A stretch of DNA of 64,000 nt from the human T2T-CHM13v2.0 reference genome, Homo sapiens. Position 1 is the stretch's first letter, and the number at the start of each line of letters is the position of its first letter. The notes beneath the pieces were generated by a model that had not been told where the DNA came from, searched no databases, and saw only the letters and a list, made by a program, of their open reading frames with translations. Shown piece by piece: positions 18,047 to 36,040 of this stretch. The stretch is from NCBI RefSeq assembly GCF_009914755.1, contig NC_060926.1. One strand, given 5' to 3'. Both the position numbers and the translations under genes were made by a program.

Positions 18047-19728
18047 TTGAGTGGGGGATGGAGAAGAGAGGAGAGACACATTTGTGAGATAGATATAAAA
18101 TTCAGCTCTCCCAGCAGTGCAGGGCCAAGGCAGTCATTGGTTGGTAACTGTCTCTCTGGTACGACAAGCCTGGCCAGGTGTCCAACTGGTCCCGCAGGAG
18201 CCTGGGCACTGCTGGTCCCTCAACTCATGGACAACTTTCCAGAGTTCTTCCTCCCTTCCAGATTGTCACCTCCTCCTCTGTGAGCTTACCCATCTCTGCC
18301 TCCCAGCTCAGTGTTACTGTTCCCTAAGGTTCTATCCTAACCCTCTGCTCTTCTCTCACTGCCATCACTGGGGAACCTTGTTTCTTCCCTTTGCTTCAGC
18401 TACCAGATCTCTCTCCTGAGCCACGAACCCCTACTGGACACAGCAAGCACAATCTTGACCATTTATCAAGCATCCACTCTGTGCCAGCCATTGGACTAGA
18501 GGCTATTTCTTCAGGTATAATTTACAAACAGTGAAAAGCACAGGCCTTACATGGGGGAGTTTAGTACATCTTGACGAATGTGTATATCTGCATACCAACA
18601 ACCAGTTATACACTTTGTCTTTTAAAAATTTCAAGTCAACTCAAATTGTTATCCTCATGTTTATAGTTGAAGAAACAGGCTAGATGAAGTTGAGTGATTT
18701 GAGTGAGGTCACACATTAAATTCATGGGGGAGCTAATTGCAATTACAATACTGATTTAACTTTTCTAGAAGGTAGTGCTCTGTTTTGGATGATAAGAACT
18801 CAGCATGTTCAAAGCTGCACTTGGCATTTCTTTAATTCAGTTAGAGCTATTGATTCCAAACTGGCCTACATAAAAAGAGAACTTGTTGGCTCATGTAACT
18901 GAAAAGTCCAGGAAAATGTTCAGGCACAGTTTGATCAGGGGCTTACATGCCACTAGATCCGTTTCTCTGGCAGTACTTCTGGACTCCACTTCCTCTGTTT
19001 TGAGATCATTATTAGAAGCACTTTCCCCTCACAGTGGTTAGAGGCCTCGTCAGCTCAAGCTGTATGGACTCATTCAAATCCTGCCAGGGAAGAGGAGGGA
19101 AAGGAATTAGACAGTGTGCTTAAGTCAGTATATTATCCCTACTTTTCCCTGGAATTCTTTTACCCAATATTGAAAATTCTGGCATCAGGGTATTATAATA
19201 AACAATGTATAGTGTAGTGACTTTATAATTCTTTTAATAGAAAAGGAATGAAATCTGTTTAAAGAGAGGTTCTATTCATTTACTTCTCTAAGCATATGGT
19301 TTCACTTCTCAATGATCATATTTGGCCCTAAAATCCAGAAGACAGTTTATAAATTTAGGGAAAACACAGGAAAAAAAAAACTAGCTCCCAGACCAACATA
19401 TTGCCAAAACTTAAGGCAATATTGTGCAGTAAAATTTTACAATAGTTTTTTTTTTTTTTTTGCTAAATGTGTTATAATTCAGCCAGAGAGTCAATAAAAA
19501 GAAAATTATTTCACTATGAATTATGAAAAGGATAAAATGAATGTTTAGTATAAGCCAAGGATTTTTCCTTCTGCCCTTGTGGGACCAGTTGGACACTTGG
19601 CCAGGTTTGTCTTGCCAAAGAGATAGTTACCAACCAATGACTGCCTTGGCCCTGCCCTGCTGGGAGAGTTGAATTTTTGTATCTATCTCTTAAACATATC
19701 TGTCTCCTCTTCTCTGTCCCCCACCCAA
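18047..19728. repeat. Non-Alu inverted repeat, arms ~18047-18199 and ~19575-19728
   Basis: Hand alignment: ~113-nt core with 11 substitutions and 1 indel, including a 31-nt perfect run gcagggccaaggcagtcattggttggtaact. Confidence 0.95.
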
Positions 19729-19846
19729 GGTATCCTCTTCCTCTCCCCAAAACATTATTTTTTGGATTAGATGAGATGACCTCATTGAAAAGTAGTTTCC
19801 CTCCAGACACTGAAATGTTAACTATTACTTTCGCCAATACTTCTAG

Positions 19847-20789
<943 letters not shown>

Positions 20790-21344
20790 CTAACCTTGTA
20801 AGTTCTCTTTATGTGGCCTCTCCCTTTCCCCTCCTAAATCCTGCCCCACTATTAAGGTGGCTTCCCCAGGGTCCTGGGGTCAGATAATGAAAGCAAATGC
20901 CACTGTAAGAAACTTCATCATTTTCCCACTTTTATTCATTCACTGCAGAAAAACTGATGTTGCCAACTGCAGTGTGGAAGGAGGCAATGTGGTCCTCATT
21001 CTATCCAGCCTCCTCCATTACCATAACAACCCACATCCCATAGTAAGCAGGAGAGAGGAAGGCCAGGAAGCCTGGGATGGGGCAGAGGTGGTAGGGAAAG
21101 CTCTTCGGCTGTTTCTGTGGACTCCTGACATCATTCACCTGCCAGAGGTACCAAGCACTGCTGGAATCCGGGGCCAGGTTTGTCACTGAGTCTCTCTCCA
21201 TGCCCTTCCCTGACACCCAGCAGTCCACATCCCTGCAAGTCACATGCGTGAATCCCTTCTGCACACGAGCAGAAAGTGAAGAGTGAGTCTCAAGAGAGCT
21301 GCTTGGCCAAGGCCAGAAGCCCCCAGGTGGCCTTTCTTCTAGCT

Positions 21345-21500
21345 CAGGGTTCACAGTCTGGCTGTACAGGGCGGTCACCTGGGGAGATGTTTAAATCTTT
21401 AAGACTGTACCCCACACAAATTAAATCAGAACCTCTCAGAGAGGGGATTTCAAGCTCCCAGTTGGGGTCTCATGTGCAGCCAAGGGCAGAGCCTCACTGC
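21345..21500. mobile_element. MER5A-like hAT MITE fragment
   Basis: tcacctggggagatgtttaaa...aattaaatcagaacctctc...atgtgcagccaagggcagagcctcactg. Confidence 0.65.
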
Positions 21501-24199
21501 CTGGGTCGCAGAAACGAGGGTGTCCAAGGGGCTCCCGATCAAAAGGAGGCAGCTGAGGAGAGCAGCCAGGGAGCTTTGAAACCTTTGTCCTTTTTAGGCT
21601 GGGTGCCCATTTGCCTTGAATATCTCTTCTTTGGGTTGTATGGAACAGCTATAATTCATCCCAAATTCAGGTGGGCAAAAATTAGAACTTTATTTTTTGC
21701 AGTAACTTCATTTCTGACTCTCAGCCCTCATTCTGGCATATTGAAAAAAATAAAAATAAGACCTGAACCTCAGTGCTGCCTGAGGTTGCTCTCCTGCCTT
21801 CTCTGGGTAGGCCACGGTGTGGGGGCGGAGGATTGTTGCACATCCGCGCCATAGTCATCAGCTGTGCCCAGCCCTCCCAGGCCAGGAGTTCTCTGCATTC
21901 AGCCTGAGAATCTTCTTCAAGGCCACCTGTGTGTTTTAGTCCACTGAGATACATCTGTCTCCTTGTCTTCCCTCCTTCCTGGCAGCCAAGAAGCAGGGTG
22001 CAGGCCCCCTTTACTCTCTGGCCCAAAAAACATCTTTTTCTCTTTTATAAGCCTTGCCCTTGGACCAGCCTGCTAGAGTGGGATAAGGGGACAATTTACA
22101 CTTTTGTAAGGGATGTCTCTGGAAGAAATTGTGTTGGGCAGAGCTAAACCTTCTAACCCTGGGCATTCTGGAAGGCTTGGGAAATACCTACTTAGTTCAG
22201 TAAGTTACTGTTTAAATAAAGAGGGCCTAAAGTATTTATCTTTCTATCTCAAGCACCTAAGTTATTCTGTATCCATAGGACAGCGGCAGGAGCCCGCCAC
22301 TTTGAAACAAAATTTTACAGTGATTGAACATTCAGATGGAAGACCAGACACACAAGTACCTCGGGACATCCATCACCAGCATCAAATCAAAGTGAAACCC
22401 AGGAGGAGAGCCTCCATCCTGTCTTCATCCTCAAGTGGAAATTAATAGCAGAGTACAAATTGTTGCTAGTGTATCAGTTCTTAAGATGTGTGAAATGGCA
22501 TTGCCACCATCTTTATTTAGATTATTGGTTTCCTTGTTCTATTTCAGTAAACTTGAAAACATCTCTGTGGGTTTTCACACGTCCAAGTCCAATCACAGTC
22601 TTCTAGCACAATTTTTCCAGTAAAGTTTTAAGGTCTTCAAGTATTAAAATTCAAGTATATTTTAGCGACCTAACCCCACAGGTGGGGAAGGACTATTCTG
22701 GCAAAGCCTAAAGGAAAATTCCAGCTGGTGACATTGACAACGCCGGGTGAGCTGCCAACAGCAACAGCAGAGAGATTTGTCCCCTGGCTTGGGCCTGGAC
22801 CACAATGCCAGCCCTCAGGGAGGGGAACCAGCACCAGAGAGACAACAGGGGCACCAGCCAGGTCACTGGGCAGGAGCAAGGCAGAGCCCCCGGGAAAGGA
22901 ATGATACTGGCCATTCTAGCCCCACGTGTGTTAGATATCGGAGTGCGGGCACCTCATGGAGTGTGGACCAACTCAGGGAACAGGATGGGAGACAGTCATC
23001 CCAGAAAGGAGCTGAGGTCTACAAGGCACTTCACTTCTCAGGACAGGATTATTCTGGGTAGTGGGATGAGTCTGAGCCAGCAGGCCTTGAGGTTATGGGG
23101 TCAGGAGAAGGGGAGCTGGGCAGGAGGAGGCAGAGAAAGAGAAGCGTGGCTGGGCTGTCTGTGGCCTTACAAAATAGCCAAGAGTCTTAAAAAAGGCATT
23201 TCTGTATTCGAAAATGAGCGGTTTATAACTGATGAGTACAGCAGCACTTCCTGAAGGTGGAATGGTGTATGCTGTTGGTGGATAGGGAAGTTAGTCATTA
23301 AACTTCAGCCAGAAAGCAGAGTGGCATCACATCTTCATGCCTGCACAGTAGCTTTCTAGACTAAATGGCATTCCACAACAGTGCTGCGACCCGTGGGGCA
23401 TGCAAGCCTCAGTGAGCAGGGGGACACTTTGGTGTCCCACTGGCCTCGGTCCAGTGAAGTCAGTGGAGTCCTTCCCTTTAGAACGAGCGTTGGGTTGAGA
23501 ACATGGGTTTCTACATCTTCCCTCCTGGGAATGGTTTGGTGTTTGATCAAATGTGGGTGCACCCTGCCTGCCACTTTACAAGCTGGGTGCTCTCCTCAAG
23601 TATGGCTTTAGTTCCTTCTTTTCTCCTACTTCCCATTTGACTTCCTTTCTTCTTTCAGGCTTTCTTTACCTTCATGTCATTTGTTCAAGAAACAAGTGAT
23701 AATAAGAAAGATGTAGTAGGGATAGAGGGAGGAGTAAGTCAGCTGCTCTGTCCCCAGGGACTCACAGTTCAGTGCAGTGGGTGAGAGACGAGTCAGTAAG
23801 CATTCATTCATTAGTAAGCAGCAATCTTCCAGAAGTGGCGTGAACTGTCAGGAGTTCTAGATAAAACGCTGAGTGTGTTCGGGGAGGAAGAGATGGCTGC
23901 TGAGCAAGGGGATCAGGGAAGACTTCGTGGAGGAGAAAGTACCAACACCTCTGCAGTGCCTGCTTCTTACCTGGCCCTAAGCCGGGCGCTTCCCTTGTGG
24001 TGTATTGTGAGGTCCTACCGACAACCCTGAGAAGTGGCTGGTACAACCCCCATTCTACAGAGGAGGAAGCCGGGGCTCTTTCTTTCTGTAACTCCTTTGT
24101 GCTACCAACTTACTGCTCTTTTGTAAATTCTTAAAAAGACCTAGCGATGAACCACAGAGCCTTCAGGAACCCTACCTGCCATGACCACCACCCATACCG

Positions 24200-24400
24200 C
24201 CCGTGGAAAAATCATGGAGTTTAGAGATAGACTCGGCTTGAATCTCAGCTGCCTGCCACTTACTGGAAGTGAGACCAAGAAGTCTCTCTTTCCTCTCTGT
24301 GCCTCTCTGTAAAATGGGGGATAATAGTCAACAACATATTTGTAAGGATTAAGTGAAATAACGGGTATGGCAGAATCTAGCATGATGCCTTGAAATAAAT
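24200..24400. mobile_element. MIR
   Basis: ttgaatctcagctgcctgccacttact...ctctgtaaaatgggggataatagt. Confidence 0.75.
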
Positions 24401-24691
24401 ATTTACTTACTTTTCCCTAAATTCCCCTAAAATTATATGCTGGCTTTTAATTTTCCCCATGCTACTATAATCATGTTCTGGTAAAAATGGAGAGATTTAC
24501 TATTTAAAATTGCTTAGGATGATCTCAGACAGTGACTGAAATGGTTGTGATTAGGATGGTTAGGAGCATGATGACTTTGATGTAACCTCATTCTCATTAA
24601 GGTGTTTATGTCTCTGCAGAGGCTGACAGATTCTGTGGACCAAGGCTCCCACTGTTTATCCATTATTCATTGATTCTTTTTTTCTTTATAG

Positions 24692-24747
24692 AAGAGCTAC
24701 CAGATGGTGTTCTTGAATCTGATGATGATGAAGATGAAGATGATGAA
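24692..24747 (+). CDS. ARMC9: ARMC9 coding exon (56 nt, phase 1-0), acidic tract
   Basis: tttttttctttatag|AA GAG CTA CCA...GAT GAA|gtaagt. Encodes (E)ELPDGVLESDDDEDEDDE. Confidence 0.95.
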
Positions 24748-25900
24748 GTAAGTTGGAGGTTCTTGACACCACATAGAAAACCCATACCAAACTATTCTCT
24801 CTTTCCTGCCTTGACAAGTTAGTCCAGAAATGGAGATTTTTCATTCCTGCTACACTATTTCTCACAATTCTGAGGGTTGGCTAAAGCTCAGCTGGGTGGT
24901 GGTTCGGGTCTCACTTGGGGTCTCATGTGGGGAGCCCAGCGGCCATGTTTGAAGACTCCCACACTCATTGGGTTCACAGCAGAGACGCAGCATTGCATGT
25001 CATTCGAGTTTCATGGGAAGCTGAACAATGACCATTCTTCTGTGTGAGCTTTTGCTCTGAAGGGGCACGAGCCTCGGCCTGTCTTCCTCACCGGTGGGAG
25101 TGCTGGGCGTGTAGGCGCCTGGCGAGAGTCTCTGGCGTGAGGGGTCCTGGGTTTAGTTCAGAGCTAACGGAACTGACCAGTTTTCTCTGTTATTTGCATT
25201 CTTTTGACTTGTGTTTCCTCAGCTGTGAAAAATCTACTTGCCTGGTGTTTTAGAGCATGAAGGTTTAGAAGTTAATGTATGCGAGTCTCTGAAATGATGT
25301 AAAGAATGGTGACTCAGGGACTGTAGTTGGATTTTCAGATGACAAGATTTTACATGGTTTTCCTTCAGATACCTAGGAAGAAAAGACCTGTTGTCCCCTC
25401 TGGTCATCCTTGATTTGCCTGCCTTCATTTGCAGGGAGCAGTTACTCCTGCAGTGAATGCTGGAACATTTTCATCTATTTTGGGGGGAGCATTCACTGAA
25501 AAAGTGGATGTCAGAGGATGTTTTTTTGTTTGGAGTCGTGGCCTATCAGCTTGTAAAATGTGTAAAAGCCAGGTTTTTGATCACTGATGGCATCAGTTGG
25601 GAAAGAGGTATTTAAGAGCCCCTGCCAGAGAGGATCTGCTAAGATCTGCTGGGAGATGCTTCCTCAGCAGGCGGCCTCTGTGGCTGCCGTTTTCTTCACA
25701 GGCTGCAGGTGGCATCAGCGGGTACGTGCTCCTGCTGGCTCTTCCTGCCTTGTCCAGCAGTGCAGAGCTTGACCTCCAGATAGGGGTCCTGGCCCCTATC
25801 ATCTTCTCCAGGCCCCTTTGTTTACAAAGGTGGAGGCAGAGGGAAAAACACCAGCTTGAGCTCACACAGAGAGTTGATGGTGGTAAAATTGGGTTTAGAA

Positions 25901-26207
25901 CAGGAGTCGGCAGACACTTTGTGTAAAGGAAAAGATAGGAACTATTTTAGGGCTTGCAGGCCACACAGTCTCTGTTCCAACCACTCAATTCTGCCATTGT
26001 AACACGGTGGCTGTCAGCAGTACATAAGTGGCTGAACGTGGCTGTGTTCCTGTAAAACTATTTATGGACGCTAAAAATTTGAATTTCATACAATTTTTGC
26101 ATGTCATTAAATATTCTTTCAAATACTTAAAAACACAAAAATCATTCTTAGCTGGCGAGCATAGGAAAGCAGGCACCTGACTCGTGGGCCATTGTTTGCC
26201 AGCCCCT
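25901..26207. mobile_element. MER58B-like hAT element
   Basis: Termini caggagtcggcaga ... gtttgccagcccct; internal ggctgtgttcctgtaaaactatttatggac. Confidence 0.8.
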
Positions 26208-27158
26208 AGGCAGTTCCCGGACTTGGGCAGCCTTCTCTTGATTATAATGAGTCACCACCTTTGTGCCTGGCCCTTCAATATCATTCTAAATGATAGTTTA
26301 AATTAATATTTAATTATTTGTTTTTAACAACTTTTTTTCATTGTGTCCTAAAGTTTGTCTCGAGATCTGTTTTCTTCCCTTCTTGTATCATCCCTTTGGG
26401 TTTTTCGGTTTGCTTTGGTTTTTCATTTTGCTTTGTTTTTGCTATAAATCCTGTTTTTATCTTATAAGGGAAAATTCATTTTGTTCAACTGTTCTAGTTA
26501 ATGATGAGAACTCAATTTCTGGAAATTTCATTCTGAAAGCAATTGTCTACTGTAAATGAACAAATACAGAAGTCTTATAATTTTCTGGACTTTTGCTACT
26601 CTTTTAAGAGGTTGATGTTTGAAAATACTTGTGATAACTAGAATTTTCAGAAGATTTCTAGAAGAGGTTTAGTTGGAAAATTATAAGGAAAAGATCTGTC
26701 ATTTGGGCCAAATGGGACTCTGTGATGAACCCCGGGCAGCAGATGGGGGCTCCTTCTCCCAGGTAAGCCTCACTGCGCATCACCGGTGCCAGCCGGGGCA
26801 GTCCGGGCACAGCCGGTCTTGCCTGGATTTTACTCAGCTTTCACCGGAGGCTAGCATTACGTTTATAACTGTCTTTCAAAGTTGGAGGGAAAAAAGAGAG
26901 TGACAGATCTTAGGCTAAAGAAAATTTCTAAGAATCCTTTGAGAAGTAGCACTGTTGTTGGAATGTGGTTATCACTTCCCAAGGTGACAGCTCTGAAGGA
27001 GACAGCAAAATTATTTGCAAGGTGTTGGAGTCATACCTTATCTTGCTTAGCAGTGTAAATGTTCTTTCATTTAATATTTAGACCCAAAACACAGAAAAAT
27101 GAAACCACTGTTTTCAGTTAGCTGCTTAGCAACTCTAAAGATAAAATGGTTCTAATGG

Positions 27159-27486
<328 letters not shown>

Positions 27487-28959
27487 CTAAATCACATTGA
27501 GCTGAAATCTGTGCGCTCACAACTTCCACCACTGCTATCCCTGCTTCACTGGAAACTCTCAAGAGAACCCCTGATGCAAAGTCTCGTTTTTCTCTGTAAT
27601 TTATAATGACTTGATCTAATGTGCTAACCTAACAAAGTTATGTCTGAATATACATACGTTTATATACTAAAATTTTAAAAAAAATAAAGGTAGAGCTAGA
27701 AATGCATCTTCTGATTTATAGACTGTCTAGGATATAATGTCAAATAGAAAAAGGAAATCATAAAGTAATTTGACCAATAATTTCGGAAAAAGCAAATGTA
27801 TAAAGACACAGGGCTATGGATTATGTATGTGCCTATGTAGCGGAAAGGTGTGGACATGTACGCCCTCTTTGCTGACATTATAAACTGCAAGGGGGGAATA
27901 GGAATAAGGAAGTTTGGGTGAAAAATGCAGAGAGGCCCTGAGGCTCCTCAAGAGAGAGAAGTGAGACTAGGACACGGGGTTTAGTGGCGTGGAAGTCAGT
28001 TGCTGTGCATTTTTGTGGGTTGATGGAGCAAAAGCGAAATGAATGGATTGAGGGCCAGGTGGGAAGTGAGAAAATGGCTTAAGAAGTGTATGCTGCTCCT
28101 CGCCCAGTCTGGCTGTGCACAGAAGAGCAATAGTGGCTGAAGGGGGCATTTTTGTTTGTTTTAAGATGAGAGAAACCTGAGCATGTTAAAATGCTGATGG
28201 AGTAGCTCCAGCCGAGAGGGAGAGCTGGAACATTCAAGGCAGGAAGAGTCTACAGGATGGCATTGAAAATATGGGTGTTTTCATTGTTTTCTAAACCACT
28301 TATACTTTCTTGGCCCACAAAGCCCCAGACCCATTTAAACCTCCAGAGAAACAAAACCATCATTAGATCAGCTTGGACAATACACCCCAGGGAATGGACA
28401 ATGACAGCTGTTATTTAAGGATTCAAATGCATCTCATTTAGCACTTCAGAGAAATGTGTTACCTGATGCATTTATTTTATATGAAACAGACGTAATATGT
28501 TACAAAAGGGCTGTTGGTAAATCACTAAGCTTAGGAGCCTGGTTCCGTTGTTCTCACCCCCAGTGACTCAGGTTTCCTTACTATATATCACAGCCAGTTT
28601 CCTTGTATGGCTTCCTTAAGTAGAAATGCAAGACCTTCCTGTGCTATTCTAGAAGACTGATTTTAAGACAAATATTCTCGCCTCTTGACAAAATAGGTTT
28701 AAGTGCCAGGTGAGGTCAGCCGTGGACATTTACTTGCTGGTTGCCATGTAAGTGCCAATCGTATGCTCAGCAATTTCCTTCTATACAAAGTGCTCAGATC
28801 TAAGAGTTGCTCATATATTTACTCAACAAATATTTGAGGGCCTCGAAATAACACTATTGTAGGAACTAATGGGGAAGGGATGCAAAAGAAATCTAAAAGA
28901 GTATCTGTGGTTTAAAATACCTCCAAGAATTTCCAGCCTAGATAGGGAAGATCACAGTG

Positions 28960-29215
28960 ATTCTGACAACAGCAGCTCCCGCCTGCTGGCAGTGCCGGGT
29001 GCCAGGCACTGTTCTAGGCGCCTTATGGGTGTTCAGTCATCTCCTCTTCTTAGCAGCCCTGTGGTAGGTGCTATTTTTATTCACATTTCACAGATGAAGA
29101 GACAGAGAGAAAATAGGTCACTTGCCAAGTTCACACAGCTAATAAGTAACTGTGATGGGGCTGGGATTCAAATCCAGGTGGTCTGACTCAGTGGTCCATG
29201 CTCCTAACCACTGCC
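28960..29215. mobile_element. MIR
   Basis: catttcacagatgaagagacagag...cacttgccaagttcacacagcta...ctgggattcaaatccagg. Confidence 0.8.
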
Positions 29216-30191
29216 CTATATTACCTTCTTGTGAGACATACATGAATGCAAAATAGCAAATAACAGAAAATAAATATGTGATCACAGATTCATAAAGGTG
29301 ATAGACACAGGAAGTGCCACAGAAATTCCAAGTACTCCAGGAATACTGGGAGATGGCTGGCGTGGGGTAAAGAGGAAGTGAGATGAGTTGAGGAAGGGAA
29401 GGGTGTGGCCAGCAGGGGTGGCATCCTCTGGGGGAGACAGCACAAGCATAAGCTTTATCCTTTGCCTCTCCACTGCACTCACATCAACCCCCCCAAGAAA
29501 CCCATGTTAGTGATCTAGTGTGTGCATGCGCTTTCATACTTAAAAGATGCACACACAGAGTACACGGAGGTATGTACTACACACAGATCCATATATACTT
29601 TTGTCAGTATTTGTTTTTCAAAATGAGATAACATAGAGATAGAAATACACATACTTCTACACCATGTTGCCTTTTTCTCTTGTTAATGTTTCTTGAAAGT
29701 CCTTCTGAGTTAGGCAGTGTAGCAAGTTGATACTTTTTAATGCTATGAATGTATAATTTTCTAGATTTTTTGCTATTTCAAACAATGCTGTAGTAAAATC
29801 TTTGTAAAAATATCCTTATTTACCAGGGCTTTTATTTATATGGGCTCTTGCTGCTGGATGAAAAAGTATTTTTTTAATAATAGATTTTTCCAGATTGCTC
29901 TTTTCAAAGGCTGTTAATAATTCAGATTTCACTAGGAGAACATGAAGGAGCCTCTTCCCTCCATCTCCACTAGCAATAGGTGCTGTTACTCTATTTTTTT
30001 TTAATGTTTTTGCCAATCTGGATTTGGATTTGCTACATTGTACATTTCCAATTTCATATCCTTTCTGTTTTTTTCAGTTGTGCTTCTTTCCAAACCCTTT
30101 TCACCATCATTACAAATGTTTTAAAGATATATTTTTTCTAATCTCTTTTGCCACAAATCTTTTTTAAAATTTTTTTTAAGTTAAAGATTGA

Positions 30192-30480
30192 GGCGGGATG
30201 TGGTGGCTCACGCCTGAATCCCAGCAATTTGAGAGGCCAAAACAGGCACATCACCTGAGGCCAGGAGTTCAAGACCACCCTGGCCAACATGGTGAAACCC
30301 TGTCTCTACTAAAAATACAAAAATCAGCTGGGCGTGGTGGTGCACACCTGTAATCCAAGCTACTCGGTAGTCTGAGGCGCAAGAATCATTTGAACCCGGG
30401 AGGTGGAGGTTGCAGTGATCCAACATCACGCCGCTGCACTCCAGCCTGGGCAGAGCAAGACTCCATCTCAAAAAAAAAAA
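30192..30480 (+). mobile_element. AluS
   Basis: Full dimer with A tail. Confidence 0.9.
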
Positions 30481-30671
30481 GTTAAATATATTCGCTTTTA
30501 TTTTATAGTTCCTGGGTCTCCTGTCCTGGTTAAGGTCTTCCCTAACCCTAAATTTTACATGTAGTCTCCTAGGTTTTCTTTTAAGATTTTAATTTTTTCA
30601 TCTAAGTTGTAGTCATTAAATATGTTATGCATAGGAAAGAAAAACATATATGTTTATATAAGGTTTGAAGT

Positions 30672-34680
<4,009 letters not shown>

Positions 34681-35599
34681 CCTTATTACTTCCCTCCTTC
34701 TTGCCACTAGTTGGGATTTTGATTGGGACTACATTAAATCTATAAATCAATTTGAGTGTTTTATACCATGAGCATAGTATGTCTCCATTGTTTTGAGGCC
34801 TTTTTATACTGTGCTTCAAATCTAATTTAAATACCTGATACATAAAGACTTGAGTCATTGCCACCTTTTTTTAATATCCAGAATCATTTGGAGAATAATC
34901 CAATGTGAATAAATTCAAATGTGAATCATTTGAAGAAGCTAATTGGTAGAGTTAGAACAGTATAATGGCCAAATCGATACTTTTCTTAGAATTTGAGACA
35001 AGAAATAGAAAAATGTGGCTGTTGGTCACATTAGTGCTATAATGGAATTGTAATGAAACACAGCATGACAGATCCAACAAAGTGCAATCAGAACTAGCTA
35101 GACCGGGGCATGGAACTTGTATACATCTCGAGAGCAAGAAGTTAAATTCAAGAAGATGGGCTGAACAAGATAGGAACAAGCTAATTGTCCAAGCAGTCAA
35201 GAGTAACAAGATCTTCCAAGTGAGGCCTAAGAACTCAGGCAAGGAGGAAAAAAAAAAAATAGAACTCAGGCAAGGAGACAATAAGAAACAACATGGGACT
35301 TGTAATCCACACAGAGGATCTGGGCAGTGAGTCTTGAACAACAGGGGAAGCGACAGTGAAGCTTAACACAAAGCAAGAGTTTTATAATCTTATTCTTCCT
35401 TCCCTTCTTGACCAGAGCCACAGGTGGCCTTAGCACGGATGTGGAGCTCTAGGGTGTCTGGCCCAAGGATGGTGCTCAGGGCTGGATCATTGAGTTCCTC
35501 TGAGAGTGCCTCTCCAGAGGGCTCCAGTGCAAACCTCAAGGTGCCCCTGGTTTTCCTTTCCCTTGCCCTGGTGTTCTCCCCTCTCCATCTCAATTTTGC

Positions 35600-36040
35600 C
35601 TGGGAACAGCTCTGCTCCATGGAAAAGACAGTTTGCTGCTCACAGTGCCCCAGGGGCAGGGGCGTGCCACACCACAGGGAGTCACACAAGGAAGCACTGG
35701 GGTGGAGCAAGAGGCTGAGAGAGGGGTAAGTATAGGTGAGGTGGCATAAGCATGCTGAGGACTGTTTCGTTTGGATGAATTTCAGTGGGCTCTCGAGCAA
35801 AGGGGCTTTCCCTACTTGTCTGGCACCTAGCCCTGGGGTGATTAGGGCAGGTGGATAATGGCCAGGCGTGTAAGAGCCCAATAAAGGAGATGGTTGGGGT
35901 GTGAGCTCTGGATTGGTTGATTTGTATTTGGAAAGCACACTTGGGGGCAAATGTTTTAATATTCCTAAGAGCTGACTAGTTCTGGAAGGGGCAGTCCCTC
36001 CAGGGCCAGGCAAGCTCCAATCAAAGCATCAGCGTAGAGG
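35600..36040. mobile_element. ERVL-type solo LTR (MER73/MER74-like)
   Basis: ccacaccacagggagtcacacaaggaagcact...ccctggggtgattagggcaggtggata...ggaaggggcagtccctccagg. Confidence 0.5.

Noticed and set aside
21276-21854. 192-aa plus-strand ORF
   Set aside because: Non-ATG start, overlaps MER5A and is not needed for the ARMC9 reading frame.
26735-26751. CTCF-like gcagcagatgggggc
   Set aside because: Several mismatches at key core positions; not supportable from sequence alone.
26935-27010. Possible ancient Mariner (MARNA-like) fragment cccaaggtgacagctctgaagga
   Set aside because: Match too short and degenerate to call without a Dfam search.
35390-36013. 207-aa minus-strand ORF
   Set aside because: Lies largely in an LTR fragment and shows no gag/pol/env or other domain similarity that I can see.
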